Shown here in pieces: positions 28,137-39,004 of a stretch of DNA of 64,000 bases. A model generated the notes under the pieces. The model made no database searches, was not told where the DNA came from, and was given only the letters and a program-made list of their open reading frames with translations. The DNA is from Corallococcus sp. AB032C (GTDB lineage Bacteria > Myxococcota > Myxococcia > Myxococcales > Myxococcaceae). A program made the position numbers and the translations under genes. Position 1 is the first letter of the stretch. Each line of letters opens with the position of its first letter. Location: the NCBI RefSeq assembly GCF_003668935.1, contig NZ_RAWP01000027.1, forward strand, positions 17,555 through 81,554, in the 5' to 3' direction.

Positions 28137-29713
28137 CGCGCCCGTGAACGCCGCCGGGCCCGCAGGCCCCCACCGAGCAGCAGCGCGACGAGCGCACCGG
28201 ACAGGGGGCCACCCGCGGCCTGGCAGCTACCGTCATCCGAGGGCGTGCGCGGATCATCAATGGGATCCACGGGCCTGCCCGCGTCCACGGTCCCCGCATC
28301 GGGGGTGCCCGCATCCGCGCCAGCATCGGGCGTCCCGGCGTCGGTTCCGGCGTCCGTGCCCGCATCCGTCGCATGGAGCGGCGCGCAGGACGCGGCCTGG
28401 CCGGTGACCGCGATGCACAGCCGGCCATAGCGGCCCAGGCCTTCCATCCGGCCGTCCACGACCGCCACCATCACGCGCGTGGCGTCATCCGCGGCCACCT
28501 GGGCGCGCAGGGCGTCCGGCCCGTCCACGGTCGCCACCCGCAGTACGGCGTCATCCGTGACGGCCGCGACGACCAGGTGCACCGTGGCCGGATCGATGCC
28601 CGGCTCGGGCTCATACGAGGCGCCCACGAAGGACGCGCCGCCGGGGACCTCGAAGATCCGCGAGGCCGCCGCCGCGACGCGCACGCGGTCGAGCGTGGTG
28701 GGGAACTCCGCCGCCGTCTTCGCCACCGGTGCATACCCCTCCCCTCGCGCGTAGCCGAACCCCGGCGTCGCGCGCGGGCCGGTGCCCAGGTTCCAGGTGG
28801 CGAATTGGGCGAAGGCCGCGTCGAAGCTGGAGGCGAAGTCGCGGCGCAGACAGGTGTCCAGCAGCACCGGCCAGCGGGCCTCCGGCTGGCGCACGGACTC
28901 CTCCAGCAGCGCGACGAGCGCGCCGTCACCGTAGCGCTCGCCCACGAACTGGAAGAAGAGCCCCGCGCCGTAGATGAAGGTCACGCCGGGCCCTGCGGGG
29001 TCCAGCACCAGCGTGCTGTCCGGAGTCAGCATGTAGCCGCGGGTGAAGTGCTCCAGGTCGTCGAGCGCGGGCTCGAAGCGCTCGGTGGCCCAGACGGCGG
29101 TGCCCTCGGAGGCGACGCCGCCCAGGTCGGGCCGGTAGGCGGCCTGCACCGCGTGGAAGAACTCGTGGCTGGCCAGGATCTCCACGGCCTCTGCGTCGGA
29201 CGGGTAGTTGTAGCCCGTGAAGTCGTTCTCCTGGAGCATGAAGCCGGTGCAGCGCGTGACGCCCTCCAGGCAGGTCTCCTGCCGGAAGGCGCCGTCGCCA
29301 ATCCCCGCGAAGTCCACCAGGTACACGTCGAAGCGGCCGTCGCCGCCGTCGTCCCCGGCCGGATTCGTGTCGTCGGGCGGCAGGCGGAAGCCCAGGTCCA
29401 CGTAGAACGTCGCCACGCGTTCGTAGGTGCGCCCGACGAGCTCCACGAAGTCGGGCACGCCGCTGCCATCCGCGTCCGCTGGCGGCACGGCGTGGGTGCC
29501 CTGGCGGGTGAAGTGGATGCGGAAGCGCCCGCCCGGAGACACGACGGACTCCACCGTGTCCCCGGGCTCATAGCGCGGCGCCTGCGCGCCAGGCGAGGTG
29601 GGCCGCCCGGACTCGGCGACCCGCTTCTGTACGGCCTCCCGCTCGTGCGGGAGGCCACGCGGGGTTCCCGCGCCGGCCAGCAGCAGGAGCAGCGTGGGAA
29701 CCCCGGGGGTCAT
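28133..29713 (-). CDS. Secreted putative zinc metalloprotease with C-terminal MYXO-CTERM sorting signal
   Basis: Seen: HExxH (ASHEFFHAVQ). The C-terminus has Cys, then a hydrophobic stretch, then an Arg-rich tail (GSCQAAGGPLSGALVALLLGGGLRARRRSRAR). ATG at 29713 overlaps the upstream gene stop (ATGA). Contains a TDAGTDAG repeat. Confidence 0.7.
   Translation of the reverse strand: MTPGVPTLLLLLAGAGTPRGLPHEREAVQKRVAESGRPTSPGAQAPRYEPGDTVESVVSPGGRFRIHFTRQGTHAVPPADADGSGVPDFVELVGRTYERVATFYVDLGFRLPPDDTNPAGDDGGDGRFDVYLVDFAGIGDGAFRQETCLEGVTRCTGFMLQENDFTGYNYPSDAEAVEILASHEFFHAVQAAYRPDLGGVASEGTAVWATERFEPALDDLEHFTRGYMLTPDSTLVLDPAGPGVTFIYGAGLFFQFVGERYGDGALVALLEESVRQPEARWPVLLDTCLRRDFASSFDAAFAQFATWNLGTGPRATPGFGYARGEGYAPVAKTAAEFPTTLDRVRVAAAASRIFEVPGGASFVGASYEPEPGIDPATVHLVVAAVTDDAVLRVATVDGPDALRAQVAADDATRVMVAVVDGRMEGLGRYGRLCIAVTGQAASCAPLHATDAGTDAGTDAGTPDAGADAGTPDAGTVDAGRPVDPIDDPRTPSDDGSCQAAGGPLSGALVALLLGGGLRARRRSRAR
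28270..28370 (-). repeat. In-frame tandem DNA repeat encoding a (T/P)DAG(T/A) low-complexity linker
   Basis: Seen: repeated gcgtcc/ggcgtc... units; translation is TDAGTDAGTDAGTPDAGADAGTPDAG. Coordinates are approximate. Confidence 0.45.
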
Positions 29714-30747
29714 CACGGCAGGTAGGCCCACCGCAGGCGGATCGACCCGGCGCTGGTGGAAGAGCTCACCGAGCCCGTCGTGTCGCACTGCGACTGCACG
29801 GTGGGCTCATAGTAGGCCTTGACCTGCAGCTTCGCGTGACGGCCGTCCGCCAACTGGATGAGGAAGACCTTGTTCGTCATCTGCAGGCACTGGGCATAGT
29901 CCCAGAACGTGAGGGTCTGGGTCGCCGGGCTCTGGAGGCCGAACGGGTCCCCGCTGAACGTGCAGGTGTCGGGGGTGTAGTAGTTCTCCGCCTGGAACTG
30001 AGCATCGGTAGGCACGGACGTCACCGCTTCGAACGTCGTGCCGTCCGGCGTCGGTGCCACTGTCACGCACGACGGCCCGGACACGCCGCTGTTGAAGCGC
30101 ACGACGTACCGGCGCACCGCGACGTCCCACGCCGTCGAGCTCAGCGCGGCCTGATCATCGATGTCGACCTTCTGGAGCCCCGTCGGCGTGAAGCGCGCGT
30201 AGGTGTACGACTCCGGAACGCTGGTGCCACCCGCGCGGCCGTCCAGGAACGTGAGGTACTCGCCCTGGGTCGTGCCTTCCTCGGTCACGCCGCCGGTGGC
30301 GACGGTGGTCCGGAGCCGAAGCTTGTCGATGCTCTGCTCCGTGCAGGCCACGGCGTTGCGGCACAGCTCCGCGCCACCGTCCGTGGGAGTGCCGGCGTCG
30401 GTCTCCGTACCCGCGTCGGTCTCCGTGCCCGCGTCCGTGGTCGTACCTGCGTCCGTCGTCGTGCCCGCGTCGGTGGTGGTCCCGGCGTCGGTGGTGGTGC
30501 CCGCGTCCGTCTCCGGCTCTTCGTCCGGCGTCAGGGTGCGCAGCTCGCACTTCTTGTCCGCGTTGCAGGTCCAGGCCTGGCCCGCGGGGGCCGCGCCCTC
30601 ATCACGGCAGTCGAACGCATCCACGCAGTCGTCGCTGCTGCATCCCGGCGCCACCACGGCCAGCGCGAGGGCCGCCAGGGCCCCCATGCCGAACCAACGT
30701 GCACCGCTCTTCCGGACCGCCCCTTCGGGGTTGCTCATCGTCGTCAC
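29713..30747 (-). CDS. Lipoprotein with TDAGT tandem repeats
   Basis: Seen: signal peptide and lipobox (ALAVVAPGC). An 18-bp unit repeated about 7 times gives TTTDAGTTTDAGT.... The C-terminal about 200 aa form a Cys-containing domain. Confidence 0.65.
   Translation of the reverse strand: MTTMSNPEGAVRKSGARWFGMGALAALALAVVAPGCSSDDCVDAFDCRDEGAAPAGQAWTCNADKKCELRTLTPDEEPETDAGTTTDAGTTTDAGTTTDAGTTTDAGTETDAGTETDAGTPTDGGAELCRNAVACTEQSIDKLRLRTTVATGGVTEEGTTQGEYLTFLDGRAGGTSVPESYTYARFTPTGLQKVDIDDQAALSSTAWDVAVRRYVVRFNSGVSGPSCVTVAPTPDGTTFEAVTSVPTDAQFQAENYYTPDTCTFSGDPFGLQSPATQTLTFWDYAQCLQMTNKVFLIQLADGRHAKLQVKAYYEPTVQSQCDTTGSVSSSTSAGSIRLRWAYLP
30389..30512 (-). repeat. 18-bp in-frame tandem repeat, about 7 copies
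   Basis: Seen: gtgccggcgtcggtctcc-like units within the lipoprotein gene. Confidence 0.6.
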
Positions 30748-30832
30748 CTTTCGCCGCGGAGACCCGCCGCCGTTCGATGGGGACGATCTCTATTCGATAA
30801 CGATTATCATTTTCAATATCGACGATCCATTT

Positions 30833-33109
30833 TCAGGCCGAAGTGTCGCCGGGCGGCTTCGGTGCGTTGTGGGCGGACAGGCGGGGTTGTCCGCCGGGGC
30901 CCAGGAGTCCCTGCATGGCGTCGAAGAGGTTGAGGTTGGAGCCGCTGGGGAGGAAGACGACCTTGTCGAGGCCTCCGACGACGGCGGCCTGGGCCTGCGC
31001 GGCCACGGCCTTCACGAAGTTCTCCCCGCCCCCCAGGGATTCCACGCGTTGGCGGAACTGACTGGCCTCCACTTCCGCGAGGCGCGACTGGCGTTCCACC
31101 TCCAGGTCATTGAGGCGCTGCTGGCGCTCCAGGGCCACCTGGGTGGTGAGCCGTTCGCGCTCGAGCTCCGCCTCGGAGCGGATGCGCGAAGCGCGGGCGT
31201 CGGACTCGGCGCGGGCCAGGGCCTCCTCGCTCTCCACGCGGGCGCGCTCCAGCTGGGCCTCCGCCTCCACCTTGGCGCGGCTGAGCGTCTCCAGCTGGTG
31301 GTTGCGGTTCTGCAATTCGATGAGGGATTGGCGCTCCGCCTCCGACTTGCGGTGGCTGGCGATGTCAGCGAGCTGCTTCTCCTCCTCGCTGCGGATGCGC
31401 TTGAGCTCCGCGGCGGCCTGGGCCTCCTGGCGTGAGGCGTCCAGCTGGATCTGGATGTTGGTGTCGATGGCCTCGCGCAGCTTCAGGGCCGTCTTATCAT
31501 CGACGGGGGCGATGTCCTTGATGTCGATGTCGATGATGCGCAGCTGGTTCTCGGAGAAGAGGCGGTCCTTGCGAGCGCGTCCCGCGTCATCCATGCCGAA
31601 GATGGTGCGGCGGATGAGCACGCTGGCGTTCTTGTGGAAGGTCTCGAACTCGTTCTCCGCGGCGACCTGGCGGATGCGCGACGCGAGGTTCTCACACACG
31701 TACCCGATGAAGTCGTTCACCCGGAAGATGGCCTTGTCCTTCTCCGGGTCGCCCTGCACGTCGAACTGCCACTTGTATGAAAGCTTGATGCGCAGCCGCG
31801 CGTGGTCGCGAGTGGCCACCTCGAACAGGTCCGTGGCGAAGTCCGGCCCCAGCCGCAGCATCAGCACCTTGAGCTGACGCGGGCGCTTGGGCGTGCTGCC
31901 GGACAAGTCCAGGACGGTGACGTCCTCGTACGGGCGCAACATCACCTTCGCGGGGCCGAACTCCACGCGCGCGTGATTGGACTCGAAGTCGTTGATGAGG
32001 ACCGCCGTGTTGTCCTCGATGCGCAGCACGATGGCGCGCGTGCGGTCCCCCCTCTCCGTCGCGATCATGGGACGTGGCGCGCGGGCGTCCTTCGCCTCCG
32101 CGGGCGGCAGCGGCGGAGTGAGGCCCAGCAGGGCCTCCGCGTCCGGGGACAGGCGCTTCTCGTGCAGTTCCTGGTGCGCCTCCGGCATGAACTGGCAAGG
32201 CCCCTGGACGAGCGACACCTTGCCCGAGCGCAGGTCGCGCACGTACAGGCCTTCCCCCTGCCCCAATGACAGCGCGGCAATCTCCCGGTGGATGAGGACC
32301 TTCTCGCTGGGCACGTAGGTGCGAGGGCCGCGGACGATCCACGTGTCACCGGCCTTGCGTGCACGCGGCTCGCCGCCCTCGTTCTCGGAGAGGTCGTCCA
32401 GTGCCTGGAGCTTCAGGCCCTGCAGCTCCGACAGGACATGCTTGCGGCGCACGTCCCCTTCCAGCGCCTCGCCGGGTTCGAGGAAGAAGACATCCGGGCC
32501 GGAGACGACCTTGCGGCGGCCCTCCTGCACGCGGCCGGTGGCGCGGTCCACGGGATTGAGGATGACGCAGTACTCGGTCTCCTTGAGGACGCGGGCCTTC
32601 TCCAGCGACACGACGGTGACGGATTCGCCCGGCACGTAGCGGCCGGGGCCTCGCACCAGCCACTCGTCACCGGCTTCACGGCGGCGGGGAGCGTCTGGGA
32701 CGTGGGCGTCCGTGAAGGCGGTGAGCGCGCGCAGACGCAGCGCCTCCGACACGCCCAGGACGTATTCCGGGACGATGTCGCCCTCCAGCTCCTCGCCGGG
32801 GTACAGCGGGAACACCTTCGGGCCCACGCGGACCTCGCGGTCGCCCACCGCGACGCGGGCCTGGCCGAAGTCGTCCAGCGCCACCTGGCCGTCCACGCGC
32901 ACCACGGGGTTGCGCACCACGCACCAGCTGCCGGCGCCCAACTCCACCATCCGCTCCTTCGCCACGAGCGTCAGGTGCGCTTCGAGCGTCAGCACGCGCG
33001 GGCCTACTTCCATGAGCACGACTCCGCGGTTGGCGTCCTCGATGTATGCGTACTCGCGGTTCTTCAGGGAGATGCGCTGGATGGCTTCGGTGCTGGGGGC
33101 GGACGGCAT
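30833..33109 (-). CDS. Major vault protein (MVP) homolog
   Basis: Seen: strong collinear similarity to eukaryotic MVP recalled from memory. MVP repeats match (FPLYPGEELEGDIVPEYVL...AGDEWLVRGPGRYVPGESVTVV vs human FPLYPGEVLEKDITPLQVV...[22 protein letters not shown]). The shoulder domain matches (LRLGPDFATDLFEVATRDHARLRIKLSYKWQF). A cap-helix coiled coil follows, and the C-terminus LNLFDAMQGLLGPGGQP matches human INLFNTAFGLLGMGPEGQP. 758 aa. Confidence 0.85.
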   Translation of the reverse strand: MPSAPSTEAIQRISLKNREYAYIEDANRGVVLMEVGPRVLTLEAHLTLVAKERMVELGAGSWCVVRNPVVRVDGQVALDDFGQARVAVGDREVRVGPKVFPLYPGEELEGDIVPEYVLGVSEALRLRALTAFTDAHVPDAPRRREAGDEWLVRGPGRYVPGESVTVVSLEKARVLKETEYCVILNPVDRATGRVQEGRRKVVSGPDVFFLEPGEALEGDVRRKHVLSELQGLKLQALDDLSENEGGEPRARKAGDTWIVRGPRTYVPSEKVLIHREIAALSLGQGEGLYVRDLRSGKVSLVQGPCQFMPEAHQELHEKRLSPDAEALLGLTPPLPPAEAKDARAPRPMIATERGDRTRAIVLRIEDNTAVLINDFESNHARVEFGPAKVMLRPYEDVTVLDLSGSTPKRPRQLKVLMLRLGPDFATDLFEVATRDHARLRIKLSYKWQFDVQGDPEKDKAIFRVNDFIGYVCENLASRIRQVAAENEFETFHKNASVLIRRTIFGMDDAGRARKDRLFSENQLRIIDIDIKDIAPVDDKTALKLREAIDTNIQIQLDASRQEAQAAAELKRIRSEEEKQLADIASHRKSEAERQSLIELQNRNHQLETLSRAKVEAEAQLERARVESEEALARAESDARASRIRSEAELERERLTTQVALERQQRLNDLEVERQSRLAEVEASQFRQRVESLGGGENFVKAVAAQAQAAVVGGLDKVVFLPSGSNLNLFDAMQGLLGPGGQPRLSAHNAPKPPGDTSA

Positions 33110-33343
33110 GGCACACCTGCTCGCGGGAGTGGGGTTCAGCCGCGAGTCATTGCGAGCCCCATGCCGTCACCGCTCGCCCTGGAACGGCTCCGCACCGCAC
33201 CGGACTGGCGCGGACACTCGCTCCACTCCGGTGCGCGGTGTTCCAGACTGGAGCGCATTTCGAACAACCAGCGCCGGGGTTTCCGCATCGTCCGACCCGT
33301 GTGGCTGGTACCGTTTGATGAGCAGGTATGGAGAACCCTCACG

Positions 33344-34246
33344 ATGGCCTTCACTCCGCTCAACGCGCTCAACGCCTTCGTCGCCGTCGCACGGAAGCTG
33401 AGCTTCGTCGTGGCCGCGCGGGAGCTCGGCGTGTCGACGTCCGCACTCAGCCAGTCGGTCCGCCAGCTCGAGGAGCGCTTGGAGACGCCGCTGCTCATTC
33501 GCAGCTCGCGCAGCGTCGCCCTCACGGAGGCGGGCCAACGGCTCCTTGAAAACGCAGGGCCGGCGGTGGACCAGGCGCTGGAGGCCCTGCAGACGGTGAA
33601 GGCCAGGCGTGGCGAAGTGACCGGACGTGTTCGCATCACCGTTCCGACCGCCGCGAGTTCGCTGGTACTCGAACGACTGATCCCCCGGTTCGTCGAACGA
33701 CACCCAAAGGTCGAACTGGAGGTGAGCGTCGATAATCGACTCGTCGACCCTGTCGCCGAGGGTTTCGACGCCGGCATCCGGCTCGTCGAGTCCATTGACC
33801 GGGACATGGTGCACATCCGGCTCACGGGCCCTTGCCGCGTCGTTGTCGCAGGCGCGCCTTCGTATCTCGACAAGCGCGGTACCCCGCAGAAGCCCGCCGA
33901 TCTGCTCCACCATGATTGCCTCGTGTTCCGGCTGGGACCCGGCGGTGGACTCTGGGCGTGGGAGTTGGAGCGTGGAAAGAAGACGGTCCGCGTCCCCGTG
34001 CGTGGACCGGTCGTGCTCAGTGACAACGAGCTGCGCCGCACGCTTGCCATCGCGGGGGTCGGCTTGACTTACGGACTCGAGCCGACGATGTCCGAGGACC
34101 TCCGCAGCGGCCGCCTGCGGGTGGTGCTTTCCCAGTACGCCCCGACGGTGCCCGGCCTGTTCCTCTACTTCCCGAACCGGGCTCAAATCTCTCCCGCGCT
34201 GCGCGCCTTCGTGACGGTCGCCCGGGAGCTGGCCAGCAGTCGTTAA
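33344..34246 (+). CDS. LysR-family transcriptional regulator
   Basis: Seen: HTH (LNALNAFVAVARKLSFVVAARELGVSTSALSQSVRQLEERL). ATG at 33344 is in frame with ORF 32288..34246. Divergent from the MVP gene (235-bp spacer). Confidence 0.8.
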   Translation: MAFTPLNALNAFVAVARKLSFVVAARELGVSTSALSQSVRQLEERLETPLLIRSSRSVALTEAGQRLLENAGPAVDQALEALQTVKARRGEVTGRVRITVPTAASSLVLERLIPRFVERHPKVELEVSVDNRLVDPVAEGFDAGIRLVESIDRDMVHIRLTGPCRVVVAGAPSYLDKRGTPQKPADLLHHDCLVFRLGPGGGLWAWELERGKKTVRVPVRGPVVLSDNELRRTLAIAGVGLTYGLEPTMSEDLRSGRLRVVLSQYAPTVPGLFLYFPNRAQISPALRAFVTVARELASSR

Positions 34247-34315
34247 GCTTTCCTAAAGCGTCCGTCCCAGAACCGGCGGTTTCGCGGAGGTGCCTTCGCG
34301 CGTACACCTCTGCTC

Positions 34316-35371
34316 ATGCCGATGAAGACCACCGGATACGCGGCGCATTCCGCGGATGCGCCTCTTTCTCCCTATACCTTCGAACGCCGCGAGCTCCGGC
34401 ACAACGACATCGCGATGGAGGTCCTCTATTGCGGCATCTGCCATACGGACCTGCATATGGCGCGCAACGACTGGGGCGCGACCCGGTACCCGTTCGTTCC
34501 CGGTCACGAGTTTGTTGGACGTGTCATCGCCGTTGGCTCGGACGTTTCACGCCACAAGATGGGCGACGCCGTGGCGGTGGGATGCATGCTCGACAGCTGC
34601 CAGCGCTGCGACCAGTGCCGCAAGGGCGAAGAGCAGCTCTGTCGCGAGGGCCATACCCACACGTACAACGGCATGGACCGGGTGACCGGAGATCCAACCT
34701 ACGGGGGCTACTCGAAGTTCATGGTGGTCCGGGAGGAGTTCGCGCTCCGCATGCCGGCCGCGCTCGCCCTTTCGAAGGCGGCGCCGCTGCTCTGTGCTGG
34801 CATCACGACGTACTCCCCGCTACGGACGTGGGGCGTCGGTCCGGGGAGCCGCGTGGGGGTCATTGGACTGGGGGGGCTTGGCCACATGGCGGTCAAGTTC
34901 GCCGTCGCAATGGGCGCCGAAGTCACCGTGCTGAGCCGCAGCGCCGCCAAGGAAGCGGACGCCCTCGCGCTCGGTGCGGATCGCCTGTTGGTGTCGACGG
35001 ATGCCAAGGCGATGGCGAAAGCAGGCTCAAGCCTCGATCTCATCATCGACACGGTGCCGACGAAGCACGAGCTCCTCCCCTACCTGCCGCTCCTGGATAT
35101 CGACGGAACGCTCGTCATCGTGGGTCAGGTCGGGCCACTGGCCGAGACGAGCTCGGTGCCACTTCTCTTCGGCCGTCGCCGCATCGCGGGCTCGCCCATC
35201 GGCGGTCTCGCCGAGACCCAGGAGATGCTCGATTTCTGCAGCCGGAAGCAGGTGCTTCCAGATTGCGAGCTGATTCGCATCGATCAGGTGAACGAGGCCT
35301 ACGAGCGGCTCGGGCAAGCAGACGTTCGGTACCGCTTCGTCATCGACATGGCCTCGTTGCCACAGCCGTGA
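34316..35371 (+). CDS. Zinc-dependent NAD(P)-alcohol dehydrogenase (cinnamyl-alcohol dehydrogenase-like)
   Basis: Seen: CGICHTDLH zinc site, GHEFVGRV, structural-zinc Cys cluster (C...CQRCDQC), GLGGLGHMAVKFA Rossmann motif. Confidence 0.85.
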   Translation: MPMKTTGYAAHSADAPLSPYTFERRELRHNDIAMEVLYCGICHTDLHMARNDWGATRYPFVPGHEFVGRVIAVGSDVSRHKMGDAVAVGCMLDSCQRCDQCRKGEEQLCREGHTHTYNGMDRVTGDPTYGGYSKFMVVREEFALRMPAALALSKAAPLLCAGITTYSPLRTWGVGPGSRVGVIGLGGLGHMAVKFAVAMGAEVTVLSRSAAKEADALALGADRLLVSTDAKAMAKAGSSLDLIIDTVPTKHELLPYLPLLDIDGTLVIVGQVGPLAETSSVPLLFGRRRIAGSPIGGLAETQEMLDFCSRKQVLPDCELIRIDQVNEAYERLGQADVRYRFVIDMASLPQP

Positions 35372-35394
35372 AGTCACCCAAGGAATCCAACATC

Positions 35395-37696
<2,302 letters not shown>

Positions 37697-37819
37697 AGTG
37701 TCCAAGAACTCCTCCAGCGAAGCGGTTCCGTCTTGGCTCGATCCCCGGCGTTTGTTCGAATGCCTTCCTGTCAGCGGGCCAGGATGCTCTGGCCCGGTGG
37801 CCCCCACCCCGGAGGAAGC

Positions 37820-38047
37820 ATGAAGGCATCGCGACTGAAGCAGACGATTCCTGGATTCGCGCTGATCATCGGCATCATGGCGGGCACGGCCCTGGCCATG
37901 GTTCCCGGCTCGACGGCGGAGACGACTGATAGCCAGACGTCCGCGGTCCAGATGATCTGTTCGCGCACCTGCAAGCCGTGCTCGACCCAGATGGAGTGCG
38001 GCACGAGCGGCGGTTCCTGCGGGGTCTGGCGCTGCACCCAGCCGTAA
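37820..38047 (+). CDS. Small secreted Cys-rich peptide (75 aa, 7 Cys in the last 30 residues)
   Basis: Seen: GGAGG 6 nt before the ATG; signal peptide (FALIIGIMAGTALAMVPGSTA); CSRTCKPCSTQMECGTSGGSCGVWRC; followed by a 14-bp-stem hairpin. Confidence 0.55.
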   Translation: MKASRLKQTIPGFALIIGIMAGTALAMVPGSTAETTDSQTSAVQMICSRTCKPCSTQMECGTSGGSCGVWRCTQP

Positions 38048-38052
38048 ACACA

Positions 38053-38084
38053 AGCGCCTCCGAGTCCCAGGACTCGGAGGCGCT
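38053..38084. terminator. Strong hairpin terminator between convergent small-peptide gene and nadC
   Basis: Seen: perfect inverted repeat AGCGCCTCCGAGTCC-CA-GGACTCGGAGGCGCT followed by CTTCT. Confidence 0.6.
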
Positions 38085-38116
38085 CTTCTACGGATTCGTG
38101 AAGACCGCTGACCGCT

Positions 38117-38995
38117 TCAGCCCTGCGCGGAGCGGGGCTTGCGCGTGGACTTCTTCGTCGTCGCGATCTCCAGCGACAGGTCCATGGCCCGCGCCGAGTG
38201 CGTCAGCGCGCCCATCGACACGAAGTCCACGCCCAGCTTCGCCAGCCGGGGCAGCCGGTCCAACGTGACGCCGCCCGACACTTCGATGGGCACGCGGCTC
38301 GCCGTCAGCTTCACCGCTTCGCGGATCTGCGCGTCGTCCATGTTGTCCAACATGATGACGTCCGCGCCCGCGGCGATGGCCTCCTCCAGCTGCTTGAAGT
38401 TGGTGACCTCCACTTCAATCTTCACCAGCCGGGGACCGTTCAGCTTCGCGCGGCGCACCGCTTCGGTGATGTCGCCACCTACCGCCGCGATGTGGTTGTC
38501 CTTGATGAGGATGCCGTCGAAGAGGCCGAAGCGGTGGTTGGACGCGCCTCCCATGCGCACCGCGTGCTTCGCGAGGCCTCGCATGCCCGGCGGAGTCTTG
38601 CGCGTGTCCAGCACCCGCAGCTTCGAGCCCCGCACGGAGGTCATCGCCTGCTGGGCCAGCGTCGCGATGCCGGCGGCGCGCTGCACCAGGTTGAGCGCCG
38701 TGCGCTCCGCGGCCAGCAGCGAACGCAGCTTGCCGTGGACGCGCGCGGCGACCACCTTCGGTTTGATCTCCTCGCCGTCGCGCTTGAGGACCTCCACCTC
38801 CACCTCCGCGTCCACCATGTGGAAGACGCGGACGAAGGCGTCCAGGCCGGCGACGATCATCTGCTCCTTCGCGACCAGCTCACCGCTGCCCTCCGCTTCG
38901 GCGGGGACCACCGCCAGCGAGGTGACGTCCCCCGCAGCACCCAGGTCCTCGTCGAGGGACAGCGCGATGAGCCGATCGAGATAATCCTGCTGCAC
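38117..38995 (-). CDS. nadC: Nicotinate-nucleotide pyrophosphorylase (quinolinate phosphoribosyltransferase)
   Basis: Seen: QAPRTase motifs ([45 protein letters not shown]). Confidence 0.85.
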   Translation of the reverse strand: MQQDYLDRLIALSLDEDLGAAGDVTSLAVVPAEAEGSGELVAKEQMIVAGLDAFVRVFHMVDAEVEVEVLKRDGEEIKPKVVAARVHGKLRSLLAAERTALNLVQRAAGIATLAQQAMTSVRGSKLRVLDTRKTPPGMRGLAKHAVRMGGASNHRFGLFDGILIKDNHIAAVGGDITEAVRRAKLNGPRLVKIEVEVTNFKQLEEAIAAGADVIMLDNMDDAQIREAVKLTASRVPIEVSGGVTLDRLPRLAKLGVDFVSMGALTHSARAMDLSLEIATTKKSTRKPRSAQG

Positions 38996-39004
38996 TTCCG
39001 CCTC

